Source: Lingula anatina
Lineage: Eukaryota > Animalia > Brachiopoda
DNA length: 64,000 nucleotides
Direction: 5' to 3'
Assembly: GCA_051362555.1 (NCBI GenBank)
Contig: CM120643.1
Location: 1,178,001 to 1,242,000, forward strand
Shown: positions 35,362-49,030 of the stretch, piece after piece
Layout of the letters: the number at the start of each line of letters is the position of its first letter
Numbering within the stretch: position 1 is the stretch's first letter
Made by a program: the position numbers and the translations under genes
Notes under the pieces: model-generated
Databases searched by the model: none
Seen by the model: only the letters and a program-made list of their open reading frames with translations
What the model was told of the DNA's origin: nothing

Positions 35362-37598
35362 CAAATTGCTTGTTTTTTTACCAACAGTACATAAACACGT
35401 GCACTTCTCTGGTTTGTAAACAAACTGCTGCATCCCTCACAATCAGTAGCTCCCACTGCCAGAGGTCTCCCACTGCTCGACACCTGTGCCTGGTCCTGAA
35501 AAAAATAGGCAGTAGTTTACATCCTAACCTGCTAGTTGACACCATTATTACCCTAGGAACTTACAAAAAATAACCGGAAAATTGAAAAACAATATTTTTT
35601 TTTATCTCAGCACTAAACAGTCGTCTATAACAGTCCGTGAATGCATGGTGACGTCTATTTGGTGGATTCTGCCCTACTGATTCACAGAGGACGCTACACG
35701 GGGCTATCGCATGTATGAAGAAAAGATCGGATAACGACAATTAATTGCAACACATATTTGCCCGGTCCTTTGTTAAATTAATTCTTATAAGAACACGTGT
35801 TTTAGTGCATTAAACTTTAGGCGTGTTTCACGACGAACAAGGTTTCTCAAGCCCATTAGTTTCACTTTATTTTCACCTTCTTAATTATTCAGTATACTAG
35901 TCTCAGTTAGCAATATCATTACATGCAGTTCTGCTTTAAAATCATCACAGTACCAACAAAAGCACAAAATCAGCAAAATTATAAGTTATCAGTGTGAAGT
36001 ATTTACAAGCCTATGTAAGAGGCCACAAGTTTATGTAAACTGTTACAAGATCAAGAGGCTATTGACAAGTTCGATCTAGTGAGTAGCCAGCCTATGTATA
36101 CTATCATTTATTCTCTGCAGTTATCATTGTTCTTTTAAGTAAGCAAGGAAATACAGAATGTATGAGTATATTGTGCCTATATGAATGACATGAAAGTGTG
36201 CTTTAATTGTGATTTTACCACCGCTAAGATGGTGTTTTCTAAAGATCCGTGGGACAAAGAGTCAAACAAACATTTTTAATATACCAGTACGCGACGGCAG
36301 CTACCAGTAAATGAATCGAAGAGGTAAAAACAGAGAACCCCCTTTCATCGAACTGCGTCTTTACACAAACTTGGTTTTTATCTAAAGGCTGTTTCCATTA
36401 CACGCTCCGCTAAGCACAGAGCATACGTACCAGTACTTCTCTGTGTTTGTGTTTTTCGAGAAACAATAAAACGCTTGCAGTCCAATGTACGGTTTTGTTA
36501 GTTATTTTTAACTTTGCTTTTAACTTAGCTGTTACGACAAGTTGCGCAGTTAACGAGCCCGTCAAATCTAAGAGAGACGGCATTAGGAAGAGGGGGAAAT
36601 AAATTCCAAATTTTCTGAGGTTTTCGATATCGGAATTGTGCCGACATATTACACAAGAAGACATTTCGGTAAGTTGATCAAGGGTGGTTATACATTAATG
36701 TGTCCATTAACTGAATTACAGGCGTGATTCCTTTAGGAAGAGTGTTTTAGAAGAGTCATGTAACCCTCTACCACGATCACATATTGTTTATGACTAGATA
36801 TCCACAGGTATGCCCTGGCTGATTCTAATATAGATAGATATCATAGTATATTTTTGAATACCTAGTGGATACCAATCATTGGTCCCAGTAGATGGTACAC
36901 TGTAGAAGGCGATGGGTGGATGATTGACCTCTTCTAGAAATACATGGAGTGTACAGGACAAAAGGAAAAGTAGAAAAATAACCTCAAGCCAGCGAAAATG
37001 CAGTTACATGTATCATCCATATTCAGTTTTAATATGACATTTACCTGTGTATTACATTACTGAAACCGGATGGCCTTGTGGTTAGAGTGTCCGCCTCCAG
37101 AGCGGGAGGACGTGGGTTCAAACCCGTCCTGGGACATGTCAGTCCTTTATAAACGGTACCTGCTGTCTCCCCGCTTGGCACTTAGCAGTAAGGGGTTGAA
37201 GCAGGGGCCTGGTGTGGCAGTGACGCTGTGGTATATTTTTGTCGCTAATTTGGGCCTAAATTACATGACTGTGCAAAATGTAACTAGCATCCTGGTTAAA
37301 AATAAAATCATACTCTAGAAAATAGACGTCCGGAAATCATTATGATGAGTGCAGTACAGGTTAATGACTAGTAAAGGAAGTGTTGGTCCCTTATTATTAG
37401 TAGAGGTTAAATTTAGCCGGTGTGACAGAAATGGTAGTTCTAGGAATGGAGTTCCCATGTGATGACTGCATGTTTGGGTTAGCCCGGAGTACCGAGGTCA
37501 TTATATATATACTGAAATTATTGGTTGTATCCAAGGCAGTCAAATCGCATGGTTCACTGCATGTGGTTAAATGGTTCAAAGTCAGGTTTTGTCATTGC
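35362..37598 (+). repeat. Segmental duplication, copy 2
   Basis: Colinear with 29268-31632 and directly abuts the NB-ARC-TPR pseudogene. Confidence 0.92.
37066..37306 (+). mobile_element. tRNA-derived SINE (duplicated with the block)
   Basis: Near-identical to 30997-31243. Confidence 0.85.
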
Positions 37599-37604
37599 AA
37601 TGAC

Positions 37605-39575
37605 TTTCAAAATATGTTCATACAAACTTTGTCTAGTTTGTCTTCAGGCACTGTTATTATTTTTAATAACAATGATGAGGTAATAAAATCCAATTTGCAA
37701 GAATTTCATAAGTTGGTGCAAACCATTTTGAATTCAACAAAGCATGTCACTTTGTTGTGTACCAGTCGTGAAGCATTCAGTCTTGTGTCACATAACATGA
37801 CTGTTGTAGATGTACCCCCCCTTGATAAGGCACCCTCCATTCATATCCTTTGGGAAGGAAAAAAAACCTAGTCCCACTGATAGTGAGTCATTAGTGTTAG
37901 GTGAAATAGCGGAGAAATGCGGGGGGAACCCCCTTGCACTCAAATTATTAGCAGTTCAACTCAAGAAAAAAACTGCGCAGAGAGTATAAGATAGGATGAA
38001 AAACAAAAATGTTATTGAAAGCCTTAAGGTGGCAAATCTTCCAGCTTCTCAAGAAATGATGTCATGCCTGGATATGACTTATGAAACACTGAATACTGAA
38101 GAACAGAAATTATTTCGAGCTTTACATATGTTCCCAGTTTCATTTCATGTGGAAGAAGTTTCAGAAATGCTAGAAATAGATGAGGATGAATGTGAATCTA
38201 TCCTTGACAGTCTTTGCAACAAATCCCTTCTTAGTTCAGATCTTAGTTTTTATGATCTTCACCCCTTATTGAGAGCGTATGCAGCGTTTCAAGCACAGAA
38301 TCATCAAAATGAAATAGAACACATACAAGAAGCTTACTGTAAACATTACATGAAGCAAACACCTCTTCTGGTATCCGAATTTGATACCCTTTCGTCCAAG
38401 GAAACATATGAAAAAGCCCTAAAAATACTACCACACCTGAAGGCTATAGCTTGTTTGCTATCTGATCAACTTAGCAACAAAAAACTTCATGATAAAAAAA
38501 TAACAATTTTAAAATAAAAAAATCTGTTTTTAATTGCATGTGTATTTGAAAACGCTTTCTTGTATGCAGAGGCATTACCATATTATGAGAAATCTCTTGA
38601 AGTTGAAAAAAAATACTTGGTGAGAAACACCCTAATACTGCTGTTACCTACCAGAGTATTGGCAATGTACTAAGTCACATGGGTAAGTACCCAGAGACAC
38701 TTAAACACTATAAGAAATCTCCGGGAATCATGAAAGAAATCTTTGGTGAGAAACACCGTAATACTGCAGGGGCATACCAAAATATTGGCAATGAACTATA
38801 TCACTTGGGTAAGTATACAAAGGCGCTTACATATTATGAGAAATCTCTAGAAATCCAGAAAGAAACTCTTAGTGAGAAACAGCCTGATACTGCTGTTATA
38901 TACCAGAGCATTGGCAATGTACTAAGTGGCATGGGCATGTACTCTAAGGCTCTTACAAATTATGAGAAATCTCTTGGAATCATGAAAGAAATCCTTGGTG
39001 AGAAACACCATAATACTGCTGTGACATACCAGGACATTGGCAATGCACTATATCACATGGGTAAGTATGCAGAGGCGCTTAAATATCATACGAAATCTCT
39101 AGAAATCCAGAAAGAAACTCTTAGTGAGAAACAGCCTTATACTGCTGTTACATACCAGGATATTGGCAATATACTACGTGGCATGGGTGAGCACGTAGAG
39201 GCACTCAAATATCATGATAAATCTCTTGAAATCAGGAAAGAAGTACTTGGTGAGAACCACCCTGATACTGCAAAGGCGTACCAGAATTATGACAATGCAC
39301 TAGGTGACATGGGTAAGTACGCAGAGGCACTTACAATTTATGAGAAATCTATTGAAATTACGAAAGAAATCCTTGGTGAGAAACACCCTGATGTTGCTGC
39401 GGCATACATTAATATTGGCAGTGCACTATATGCCATGGGTAAGTACGCAGAGGCACTTCCATATTATGAGAAATCTCGTAAAGTGTTTGTAGAGCATTTT
39501 GGTCCCATGCATTCACAAACCAGGCATCTTGAAAGTTTGGTACATGTTGTAAAATATGCGTATTACAAAAAGTAA
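37605..39575 (+). pseudogene. 5'-truncated NB-ARC-WHD-TPR (NLR-like) pseudogene, paralogous to 5400-6180
   Basis: Nucleotide homology to 5690-6100. There is no Walker A and Walker B reads IIFNNND. Frameshifts or stops occur at ~37865, ~37990, 38515 and ~38610. The WHD has YDLHPLLR. The 42-aa kinesin-light-chain-type TPR repeats (126-nt period) are open from 38679 to 39575. Confidence 0.88.
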
Positions 39576-42500
39576 CCATGAATATGAGCAAATACATTGT
39601 CACTGAATTGATTGTCAAGGGCAAATATGGTCAGGCTGGTCGATTCTTGAGTTTTATTGGTTGGGATTTTAAGCTCCATTACAATTTCTAGAAACATGGA
39701 AGGTCCAACTTTTGTTTCCAAGTGAATGGGGGCAATAATTTGTATCACTATTGTGATATGCACCAATACATTATGGATGAAGTGATAGATGAAATATTAT
39801 TTTAATCAGTGTTTGCCATGCTTGAGTCAATTTTCAGTTAGTTTGTACCTGTTATCCCTGTCCCACATTTTGAACCTTGTCAGCACGCCAAACATTATTT
39901 GTATGATTCTAAGATCATCAGATATCCCATCTGAACCCAAATTGAGACAAAACAGCTTGTAGCTTTCCTTAGGTCTTCATCTCTGCATCACTGGCCAGTC
40001 AGATTTGCACCAAAAACCATGCGTTCTGTCTGGAAATAACAATTTATGTCCACCCAAATAATATCACTGAGCCAATGACAATGGTAAAAGCAAAGACTTG
40101 CGTTTATTTATTTATTTTTTAAATTATTTTATGGCTTGTATATATCCCAAGACTTGCAGATACTTTCCCCTTCATACCTGCACTACATCCACATATCTAT
40201 TACATATGCTATCTCCCCAAGATTAGACTTTTAAGTTTATATAGAGGCGTTCCGTTTTTCCTAACTTACTGTAACCTTCTCATATAGCTGTGACTTCTCA
40301 GAAATTGACAAAATTAGTCAAAACTGCAACATCACATTCATCCTCATCTGTGTGGTGGAGATTGTCTTCACTTAATTACAAATGTGTTTAAATTAAACAT
40401 CTCGAGGAAACGTTTTATTTTGATAGTGGGAGGGTTGTAAAGTGATAAAATAGTTAACGTAGCAGTAGCTTAGTTTTTATATGTAAGCAGATCATAAGAT
40501 CATATATATATATATAGTGTACAGGCTCCAAATTCGTCAAAAAGAAATTGCTTGTTTCTGAATTACTGGGCTCTAACATTTGAAAAGGTCACTTCACAGG
40601 CAGATGCAGATTAAAGGTCAGTGGGACTTCTCCCTCCAAGACAACCCCCCCCCCCCCCTCAACACGGCACATTGCTCAACAAAACAATTAACTCACCCGT
40701 GTTCCGGAGCACTGTAGAAACAGTATATTCACTCCATTGATGTTAATATTGCTTTCCTTCTTGCTGTTATCCTGAATCCAGGATTTTTTCCCTCACTGTT
40801 AAGTAAATTATTAATAAGGTTGAAAATTTGCTTCTTGATTCATTCCTTCGTATTATTATCATTTTTAATGTTAAACACTTGCTATGTGATTTATCCCTTA
40901 GCGTTATTATCATTTTTTAAAGGTTGAACACTTGCTATGTGATTTATCCATGTAGTTAAAAAAGGGACGCATACAAAGAAACTAGTAACAGCATAACGCA
41001 TTCAAACTTCTATGACTTAAATTAAATTATATGTATATAAAAATATGTCAAAATATATAGAATCCTATGATGTACATATTTCTAAAATCATATTTTATCT
41101 GTATACAAAATGGATGTTACGTTGTTGTTTTCGACAGAATTATGAGAGCAAAATGATGTAATCAATGGAGTCTATGTTTATAAATGATAATATGTAAAGG
41201 AAAATATAAATGTACCCCTGTATTACAAGTTACTTTTAGTTTAATATGATGTCGTCAAATATGAATTGATATGGTATGACATATCATATATCTGCCTATA
41301 TTATATCAATTTTTATGGAGCTATCACCATATGCTTATTGCACATCTTGTGAATTTTGTTATATAAATATTTAACTGCTTTACTACAGATTTATGTTGTT
41401 ATCTATGGTTTAAAATTCTGATATAAAGAAAATAACGCGCTATTATAAAATTACCCTATTTCAAACTGACATTTTATTTAAATTAAGCATTATTTATTCA
41501 CCCAGAATTTTCATCTTTGTTAAAGAAACTTATAACACAGGCAAACAGTCAATGTGGCGTAGTGAAGTAAAATGTTACAATATTGAGTAAATTTGGGACG
41601 AGCATAAATACCATATTTTTTAAGATAATGAAATTTAATAGAAACGGACAGCTATTTGAGTTCACACATACGTGAAGGTATAGAGCATTTGGCGAAATTA
41701 TCAACTAGACACCCCGTAAAACCTATATTGTACTTTCCACACTTTTCCTAGCTGTCTTTCCAAACGCGTTTTAAATAAAACAAATTTTTTTTTTCCGATT
41801 CATTTACTTAGAAGATCACCTGTTGTAAATGTTTATCCTTAAATGAAAATTTCTTTCAAGTCAGACATTCTATTAAAGATGACCTTTAAGCATATTATTT
41901 GTCAAATTATCGTCTTTAACCTGTCAAGTACAATCATAGCCTTCGTTTTAAATATAATATGTTAAAATGGTTCAAAACAGATTTCTACGCGTCTTTTATG
42001 AGTGCATGAATTGAGAGGGGTCGCTGAGGCTAGTTTGCTGTCAAAATTTGTTATTATACACAACACAAAAAAATCAAATAGATGTAGGTTGAAAATATCA
42101 TTTTATTGGCATTTGCACTTTGATTAATGTTCAAAGTACGAATGAAAAATACTGAGAGTTAGATATAAATCTATGAATGACGATCATGCATGTTATATAA
42201 TTTTCAAGCTTAAAGATATAATTTACATTTCAGCAAAGATGGAGGGGAAAAAGGGCCCACACATGGCAAAATGTTTTAGATAAATTTTATGTCCAAAATT
42301 CGGCCGAGGCTGAGAGCGAGCTGCGCAACCCCTAACCTTCAGGAAGGGGACGTAGGTTTCCTCAATGCTCTGACAGCCCTTTAATAGAGTTGTCTCTCTT
42401 GGCCTTATAACTGCCATATGTGCCCTATGCTAAGGTTATGCCCTGTATGTTGACTTAAACAAAATGAGAACTGCTAACCCATAGAGGCTTACCTATATGT

Positions 42501-43112
42501 CAAATGTTTCTGAACATAAATACCATACATATAATAATGATACATAGAATTAATAATTGTTTTGTAGTGTTAATTAATCAGGGAACATTAGGGAGGGACA
42601 GGGTGGGTTTGAGAAACTTTATGAAATTCACTAAAAACTCTTCTCTCCTGAGCATGTACTGCTAGGTTGAAAATTTCTAAGGAAGTGAGAGAGAGTGTTC
42701 TTTGTTTTTGGTGAAGCTGAACTCCTTATGATTCTGATTGGCTGATCATAATGAGACTAGGTTGTACTGTCCAATCAGGTTTTGCTTTACTGGTATCTGA
42801 CCAGTGTCACTTGGTAGTAATTAACTTAACAGCGTGAAATACAAAGCGGAGACACCCTGTCTGTAATTATGGAAGAAACATCTGGAGCTTATCTTTCTAT
42901 CAACATATCTTAGTCCCTGGGAGTTTCCCTGGGCATCTTACATCACATTAATACCCTCATCACACATAAATCCCTTTATTGTGACCAATGAATTATATTT
43001 ATGTAAAATAGTCATCTAGGCAACCACACCTGGCAACATGGACAATCGCCACAGATGGAGATGACACATTTCCTCGTGCACCAAACTCCCTCCCTGACCA
43101 ACCTTAATATTC

Positions 43113-46100
43113 ATGGCGTACCAATACTACACAGAGTGGAGGGGGGGGGGGGGGGCTGTGATCATCAACAAAGTCAGCTTCGACAATAACTTTCACCCTG
43201 ACAGAGAAGGCACAGAGGTGGATGTTGAACGCATGGAAAGTTTATTTCAACAACTACATTATCTGGTGTTCAAGCATGACGACATGACTGCTGAGGTTTG
43301 TCTAATTTAAATATTCACTTACATGTAGCCTGCCGCATATTTTAACCCTCAAGATAGAGTCGGTATAATACCAGGTTTAAACTATGTGGAGGTACATGTA
43401 ACATATTAACTCTTTCTGTCATTTAAAGTGATAATAACTCTTCGTTTTGGCCAAAAAATGAATTTTCCTGGAGTAAACAACAATTTTCCCATACTTACCA
43501 ATGGTTAATGAATCCATTTTTACATTCAAAGTTAGTCCCTGGTTTTTTTCTAAAAAGTTTGGTTTTTTGTTAAAATCTCTTAAGAGATTTTAACAGAGTA
43601 TAGCCATCAATGGAGGTCACGTGGTCTGAAGACAAGCTCAGATATCAGAATAATAGCTATAACAGCCGTTTTTGTGGGAAAACAGAATATATTATATTTT
43701 TATGAGTCATTCACAATGTTTTTACTGTGAAATACAGATTTCATACGAAGAGTTATTATCCCTTTAATATATGATAAGGATAAAATATTTGATTATCTTT
43801 TCTTTGATTATGTAAAAAAAAAATATATATATATATATATATAAATTTATATTGCTGCTCAGTTAAAGTTGCCATGTTACGTGTCGTCCAACATATTAAA
43901 CTGTCAACGTTTCTAAGTGTACCGGTCCAGGCAAGTGTACCTCTAGGTCTGGAAAAGGCTTAAGTGGATTGTCCATAAAAGATACACAGCTTTATACACG
44001 ACTGTCATTGTCGCAGTAAACTTCAATCCAACTTGCCCATAAAACTGGTAATATCAAAAATACACATTTTTAAAATGCCATGTTTTGAAGAAACATATTG
44101 ATTTTCAGATGCATATTATCCTTGTTGCTATGTTACCTTATAAATGTTTGTCTTCAAGGTCAACAGAAATGTGTCCCAGATGAAAACTCAAGACGGCTGT
44201 CGACAGGTTTCAGAAATAACAAGGTGCACGCTAACGAAGTGTTATAGTGAGTAATAACGACAACAGTCTGGAGCTTTTGAACGTTTATTCACCGACTATT
44301 TCTTCATACAACTTCACGAATATTTATACTCAATTTCTCTTCACTGATCACGCATTGACTTGTTTTCTTTTCCATTGTCTTTGCGTGATTAAAAGGATTT
44401 TTCCATTCTCATGTTGTGAGTCACCGTGCAACATTTCCTCATTAGGTAATCCCTAAGATACTTGTTTTCAAATAAAGATATCTAAAATATTATTTGAATT
44501 ACTCATGCTTGGACCTTATCCAAAATTAAAATATGTTATGAGATTAACCAATCACATTAACTGTTACTGACTTTGACCTTTTCCATCTTTTTCTGACACT
44601 AAATACATGTTCTACACTTGTTGACTCTTGATGAGACTTAACTTACACTCAATAACTCTCTATCCTTTTACTCGTTTGATTCCGTTTTAATTGTTATCTT
44701 CAATTAGTGAAAGTGTAAGTAATTTGCTTTACAACATACACCCCTTTTTCAAAAGAATTCGTCCTCGAATTCTCAAACTTTACAACGCTCCTTTTCATTT
44801 TTTAAAAGCAAAGCAAATAGAAAATCATATAAAATACGTACATTTTCAAAAAACTTAAATAACAATAACAGTTCTCTCATCAATTTAAATGTTATAACTT
44901 TATTAACTCACACATGAAATTAGAAACACAGTCGACATGAAACCTAAAATATAGCTGGAAGGAAAATAAAGTAATAACCTTTTAGGAAAATACAATTGTC
45001 CGTGGATATATTCCGTAATATCAGTCACAATATTCAATCTGTGGCCCAAGAGTACGATACTTTTTTGTTTTTTCCCTGTGGATATTTTAAACTGTCGCTC
45101 TCTTATTATGGCTTTGACACATTGTATTATACAGTTTTCTCTTTCGGTTGACATATAAGGAATGCACTACATGAGACAATAGGGTCGGCCGTCCCCTGTC
45201 CAATGAACAGCAATCTCCACAACGTTGCGACCAGCGCATCGTTCATGATGAAGTAACCTGTTCATCTTCATATTTGTCCGCACTGTAGCTCTCCTCTGTG
45301 ATGACTATACGAGAAACGCTGTGTTCATATCAACTTATATCCACGAATTCACTTAAATTATACTGATAAATAAGTCCCAAAATGTGAGAATCTTCCTTAA
45401 TGCATATCATCAGTTTCATGTCTTCATCATTACAATAAAGATTAAATACCAAGAAGGATGAATATATAATAATAAACATTTGGTCAAATATCTATAACTA
45501 ATGATAATGATCATGGTGAACACACAATAAGATGTTCATTATTACATATCATAATACATAGTGGTTTTTAAAAAAGCCATAATATTTATCAAGACTTACA
45601 AGTGTTATGTTAATTCCGTGCATCTCACTCACTCTCAATAATAATGATACCTAGATCAGTGTCTGAAATCACTGAAGTAACAATAAGGAAGAATGAATCA
45701 TAAAGTCATTAAAATGTTGTGATAGTACACACACTTCTTATACCAAAAGTTTGCTCGCAATAATTAATACATTATGTTAACTATAGACATACATGTATGT
45801 AGAAAGTTGTATTTCTTGTATTTCTGGCCAGGCTTCTACGTTAAAATGGAGAAACTAAGAAGTTTCCTGAGTGAATACAATGAATATATATACAATCCTA
45901 TCAGTCAAGTTGCCCTCTTTCGCCAATTTGTCTTTTCATATTAGACCCCGCCCCTCCTCCATCAAGTCTCTTTAATAAAGTTACTTTAAGATGCTAAATT
46001 ATTTCATTTGGACTCACTGCCGACGCTTTCTTAGCACTATTGGATACGGTCACTTTACAAAATGTGATCAATTATTTTACCCCATAGTTACTTTTGTCAT

Positions 46101-46550
46101 AAATTGATGGGGGGCAACTTAATTACCCCAGGGTCCAACTAGCTCCGGTCTCCCTTACGCCAGACAAATCTAGAAGATTAAATGCATGTTCATTTATTTC
46201 TACCTATTGTGACAATATACATGTGAGAATACCATTTTTTATATTGATTTCAGATATGTACCTGTGAACGGTCATTCTTTCTCTTTTTGTAATAATTCCT
46301 TTTCAAGTATATTACATTTATACATGATATTGTATATTTACAAACTATGAAAACGGCAAATTACTCTATAAACCAACATAGGAAACGCCTTGTATTTTGA
46401 TCTGATTATTGATTTTCAATCACACAATTTCTAAATCTAAGTTGTCTTATCCAGGTAAAGAGACTAATAATGCCATTTTTTACAATATCACTAGCACATA
46501 TTACTGAATTATAATATTTGTAAAAACTTAGTCTTTATCACAAGTAGACA
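43113..46550 (+). pseudogene. Caspase paralog remnant
   Basis: 43113-43295 is homologous to exon 25406-25579. 44159-44242 plus ~45817-45840 is homologous to terminal exon 28644-28751, split by a ~1.6 kb insertion. Intron and 3' UTR homology runs to ~46550. The region matching ~25790-28150 (catalytic exons) is missing. Confidence 0.88.
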
Positions 46551-47073
46551 CGATAGCTGCATAGCTGATTTTGATTTTCTGTAGCAGTTAAGCTGTATCC
46601 TATGATCGCTCCATTCATTAAATAATTAATCAAAATCTTAGCTGTGAACTTGTGTTATTTAATATCTCCATCATGTCTGTGGTGTTCTAGCAAGTTTAAA
46701 ACGTGTAATATCATTTGTACATTATGTGTATCACCTAAGTCAACACAATGTCTTAATATTAATGGATCATGTCAACTAAATGAGAAGTCGAATAATAAAT
46801 AAAGTTAACATATCTTTATCACTAAGGGGTCTAAATTCAGTTTTAATGCGAGATGGCCATTGCTATTTGATAATTATTTCTTTTATTTTAATAAAAATCG
46901 TCTAAATAAGCTATCCAAATTTTGGTCGTAATTTAAATTAAACAACTACTTTATTGGGTCATTTTCACGTTTTTAATTTTAAACAAATTGATTTAAGTTT
47001 AATGTTACCGAAATTGGCACAGTCATCCTAATTCAAGTTATTCCGTCAGTGAACATGTGAGTAGGAAGAGGTA

Positions 47074-48458
47074 CACACAATGGACAATAGAAGTGTCACC
47101 CCTACTGAACCAATACTATGGGGGAGATAAATTACTGTGGAATGATATGCTCCTGGTATCATTTTATTAACATCAAATTTCACAAAAAATCATAAAATGA
47201 AAACAAAATATGCATTCTACTAAAATATGCAGTTCAAGTCCAAAATTAGTACTTAGTGGCATAGCCACGTGACCTACTAATAGGTACCAGTCTACAAGAC
47301 AAGGATTCGTATAATTGTCTGATGCGTTCAGGGCTTATGCTGGCCCAAGCATGAAACACTGACAATAACAGAGTTTCTCTGCTGGTTAGACGGGCATTTG
47401 TCAAAAGTTTTGACATATCATACCACACATTTTCTATTATGTTTGCATCCAGACTCTGGGCAGGCCACATCACCCTGCGAATGTCCTGTTGGTCAAACCA
47501 ATCACAATCTGCTCTGGTCCTGTGACAAGGGGCATTGTCATTCTGGTGAACAAATGGATAATTCCTGTCACCAAACATGTTAGTAATAGATGGTAGCAAG
47601 CCTGACTCCAAAATATCGATATGTTTCTAGTGATTTATGTTTCCATCAACCGCTATCAATTCGCCCACGCCATGGATGCTGATGCAACCCCACACCGTGA
47701 TGAATAGGCTGCTCCGGGTTCGAAAATTCAGTGCATGTGGTTCAAATGCTTTACCAGCAGTTCGCCAGCATCTTACCCGTCTGTCATTAGAGGTCAGACC
47801 AAAGCGACACTCATCAGAAAAAATATATAGGACCAATTGTCATGGACTGTCCAGTTCCAGATCCTGTTGACCCTAGTTCACTCTACGTTGCCTGTTTTGT
47901 AACGATATAAGAGGTTTCAGTCTTGCTACCCTACTGTACACTCTATGAGCATGTAACCGACGCTTAGCAATTTTCACAGACAGATGCTTTTGTGTGAAAT
48001 TGTTCCACTGTGTTGTCAACTGACAAGCAGTGTCGAACTTTGACAACCTGGACTTAAAAATCAGTCGTCGGTCTTCACGGCCAGTATTTTTTCTTGGATG
48101 ACCCATCAGAGGCAATTTGTCTCTTGATCCAGTGTTTCTATACCGAGACCAGGCCCTCTGCACGGTTCTGACTGAACAATTCAATTGTATCGATATTCTG
48201 ACATTGCTTACATTCCGCCTCTTCAGGATAATAACTTGCACCTATAACCGTTAGATAATTGCCTGTATCTTGCCATTTTGGAGGAAGACAGGAATAACAT
48301 TTGCTGTACATGTACAAGACCAACAATACAATTCCATGGTATAGCGGTTTTATACTCATTAGTTACATTATAAGTAGACCAGGCATTATAAGTTCCCAAG
48401 ATCTGCCTACTTTTATTACTCTGAGTTAGGGGGTGACACTTCTATTGTCCAGTGTGTG
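47074..48458 (-). mobile_element. Tc1/mariner DNA transposon, full length, transposase disrupted
   Basis: TIRs CACACAATGGACAATAGAAGTGTCACCCC / GGGGTGACACTTCTATTGTCCAGTGTGTG with TA TSD. Motifs SVRTVQR, IFSDECRF, VWGCIS, QNDNAPCH and WPAQSLDANIIENVW are spread over three broken ORFs. Confidence 0.93.
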
Positions 48459-48769
48459 TATATCACAAAAAGGCATGTTTACCATAAAAACACGTCAATA
48501 TCTAAGACGTAAAGAATGTAACCATTTCACTATTGTTCATTCTCAGTCTTCTTGCCTTTGTTATAAATGGACATAACATGGATTCCGTTTCCTTCCACAG
48601 TAGTACACGTGATGGCAGCAATATTCCCGTCGTCTTCTACTTTGATTTGTGAAAACATATCCGCCAGTTTCAGTCCGCTATCACAGTCCTGAAGTTCTAT
48701 ATCGGGCGTGTGCTGACTGCCTCCTGCAGCTGGCGAGTGCCATTTTGTCAGTTTTGTCCTGCAGCTTGT

Positions 48770-49030
48770 TGGAATAGACATTCAAAGTCCGGAAAACGGG
48801 CGCCCGCAAATCTGTAGGGAAAGTACAGTGCAGGTTAAGATAAGCCAGTGTGACAAAAATTACTAGGTAAGGAATCATATGTCCCATATTGATAGTTGAG
48901 GTGAAATTTAGCCGGTTTGACAGGAATGGTAGTCCTAGGAATGAAATTCCCATGTGATAACTGGATACTTGGATTAGCCCGGAGTACCGAGGTCGTATAT
49001 ATCAGGAAATAGTGGGTCCTGTTAACCATG
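48770..49030 (+). repeat. Dispersed repeat also present at ~31260-31500 and ~37320-37510
   Basis: Shared AAATTTAGCCGG...ATGGTAGTCCTAGGAATG...CCCATGTGAT. Confidence 0.7.
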
